Of a DNA stretch of 64,000 bases, positions 63,901 to 64,000 are shown in pieces; within the stretch, counting starts at the first letter, position 1; the number at the start of each line of letters is the position of its first letter. Source of the DNA: Lingula anatina (Eukaryota > Animalia > Brachiopoda); NCBI GenBank assembly GCA_051362555.1, contig CM120640.1, forward strand, positions 54,166,788 to 54,230,787. The letters are read 5' to 3'. The notes beneath the pieces are model-generated. The model ran no database searches, was not told where the DNA came from, and saw only the letters and a program-made list of their open reading frames with translations. The translations under genes were made by a program, and so were the position numbers.

Positions 63901-64000
63901 TACATATACATCTTTATCATTTTACTGTATAAAATCATGTTCTCAAAAACTGACTAATACCTGTGATTCACTGGACTAAACATAGGCTGTAAACAAAGTG
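54959..64000 (-). CDS. TICRR: Treslin / TopBP1-interacting checkpoint and replication regulator, 3' part (5' end outside the window)
   Basis: Exons 63961->64000 (partial), 63301-63694, 62903-63134, 62492-62621, 62194-62330, 61703-61939, 61235-61383, 60813-60919, 60459-60546, 60134-60216, 59688-59909, 59262-59352, 58947-59031, 58433-58726, 57938-58090, 54959-57621. Treslin motifs as I recall them: YQLQVLMRIE, VKRNLF, paired CDK sites VSETPRHKQ and VVEESPEK, RRGSFYS, long S/TP-rich terminal exon. Confidence 0.85.

Overview
AT-rich, intron-rich animal (invertebrate) genomic DNA; species not determinable from the sequence. I reconstructed exon chains by hand for five conserved genes: MAU2 (-, 17 coding exons), an EPHX3/EPHX4-like epoxide hydrolase (+, 6 exons), PIK3C3/Vps34 (-, 22 exons), FBXO22 (+, 6 exons) and the 3' part of TICRR/Treslin (-, runs off the right edge). 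A sixth, unrecognised spliced gene (-, about 367 aa) has an RFX X-box-like promoter. MAU2/EPHX and PIK3C3/FBXO22 are tight head-to-head pairs. Splicing is unusual: an 18-nt microexon followed by a U12-type intron in MAU2, and three GC-AG introns. The non-coding space holds many non-autonomous DNA transposons. The most striking is a 4.7-kb Helentron-like composite in a PIK3C3 intron. It carries a 146-bp satellite with higher-order (ABCD) structure and a perfect DR1 (AGGTCAAAGGTCA) in each unit, a nested IS3EU-type MITE and an 817-bp duplication of its end. I found no convincing new multi-gene system; the best leads are this composite element, the orphan gene and the non-canonical splicing. All gene names rest on recalled motifs, not on searches.
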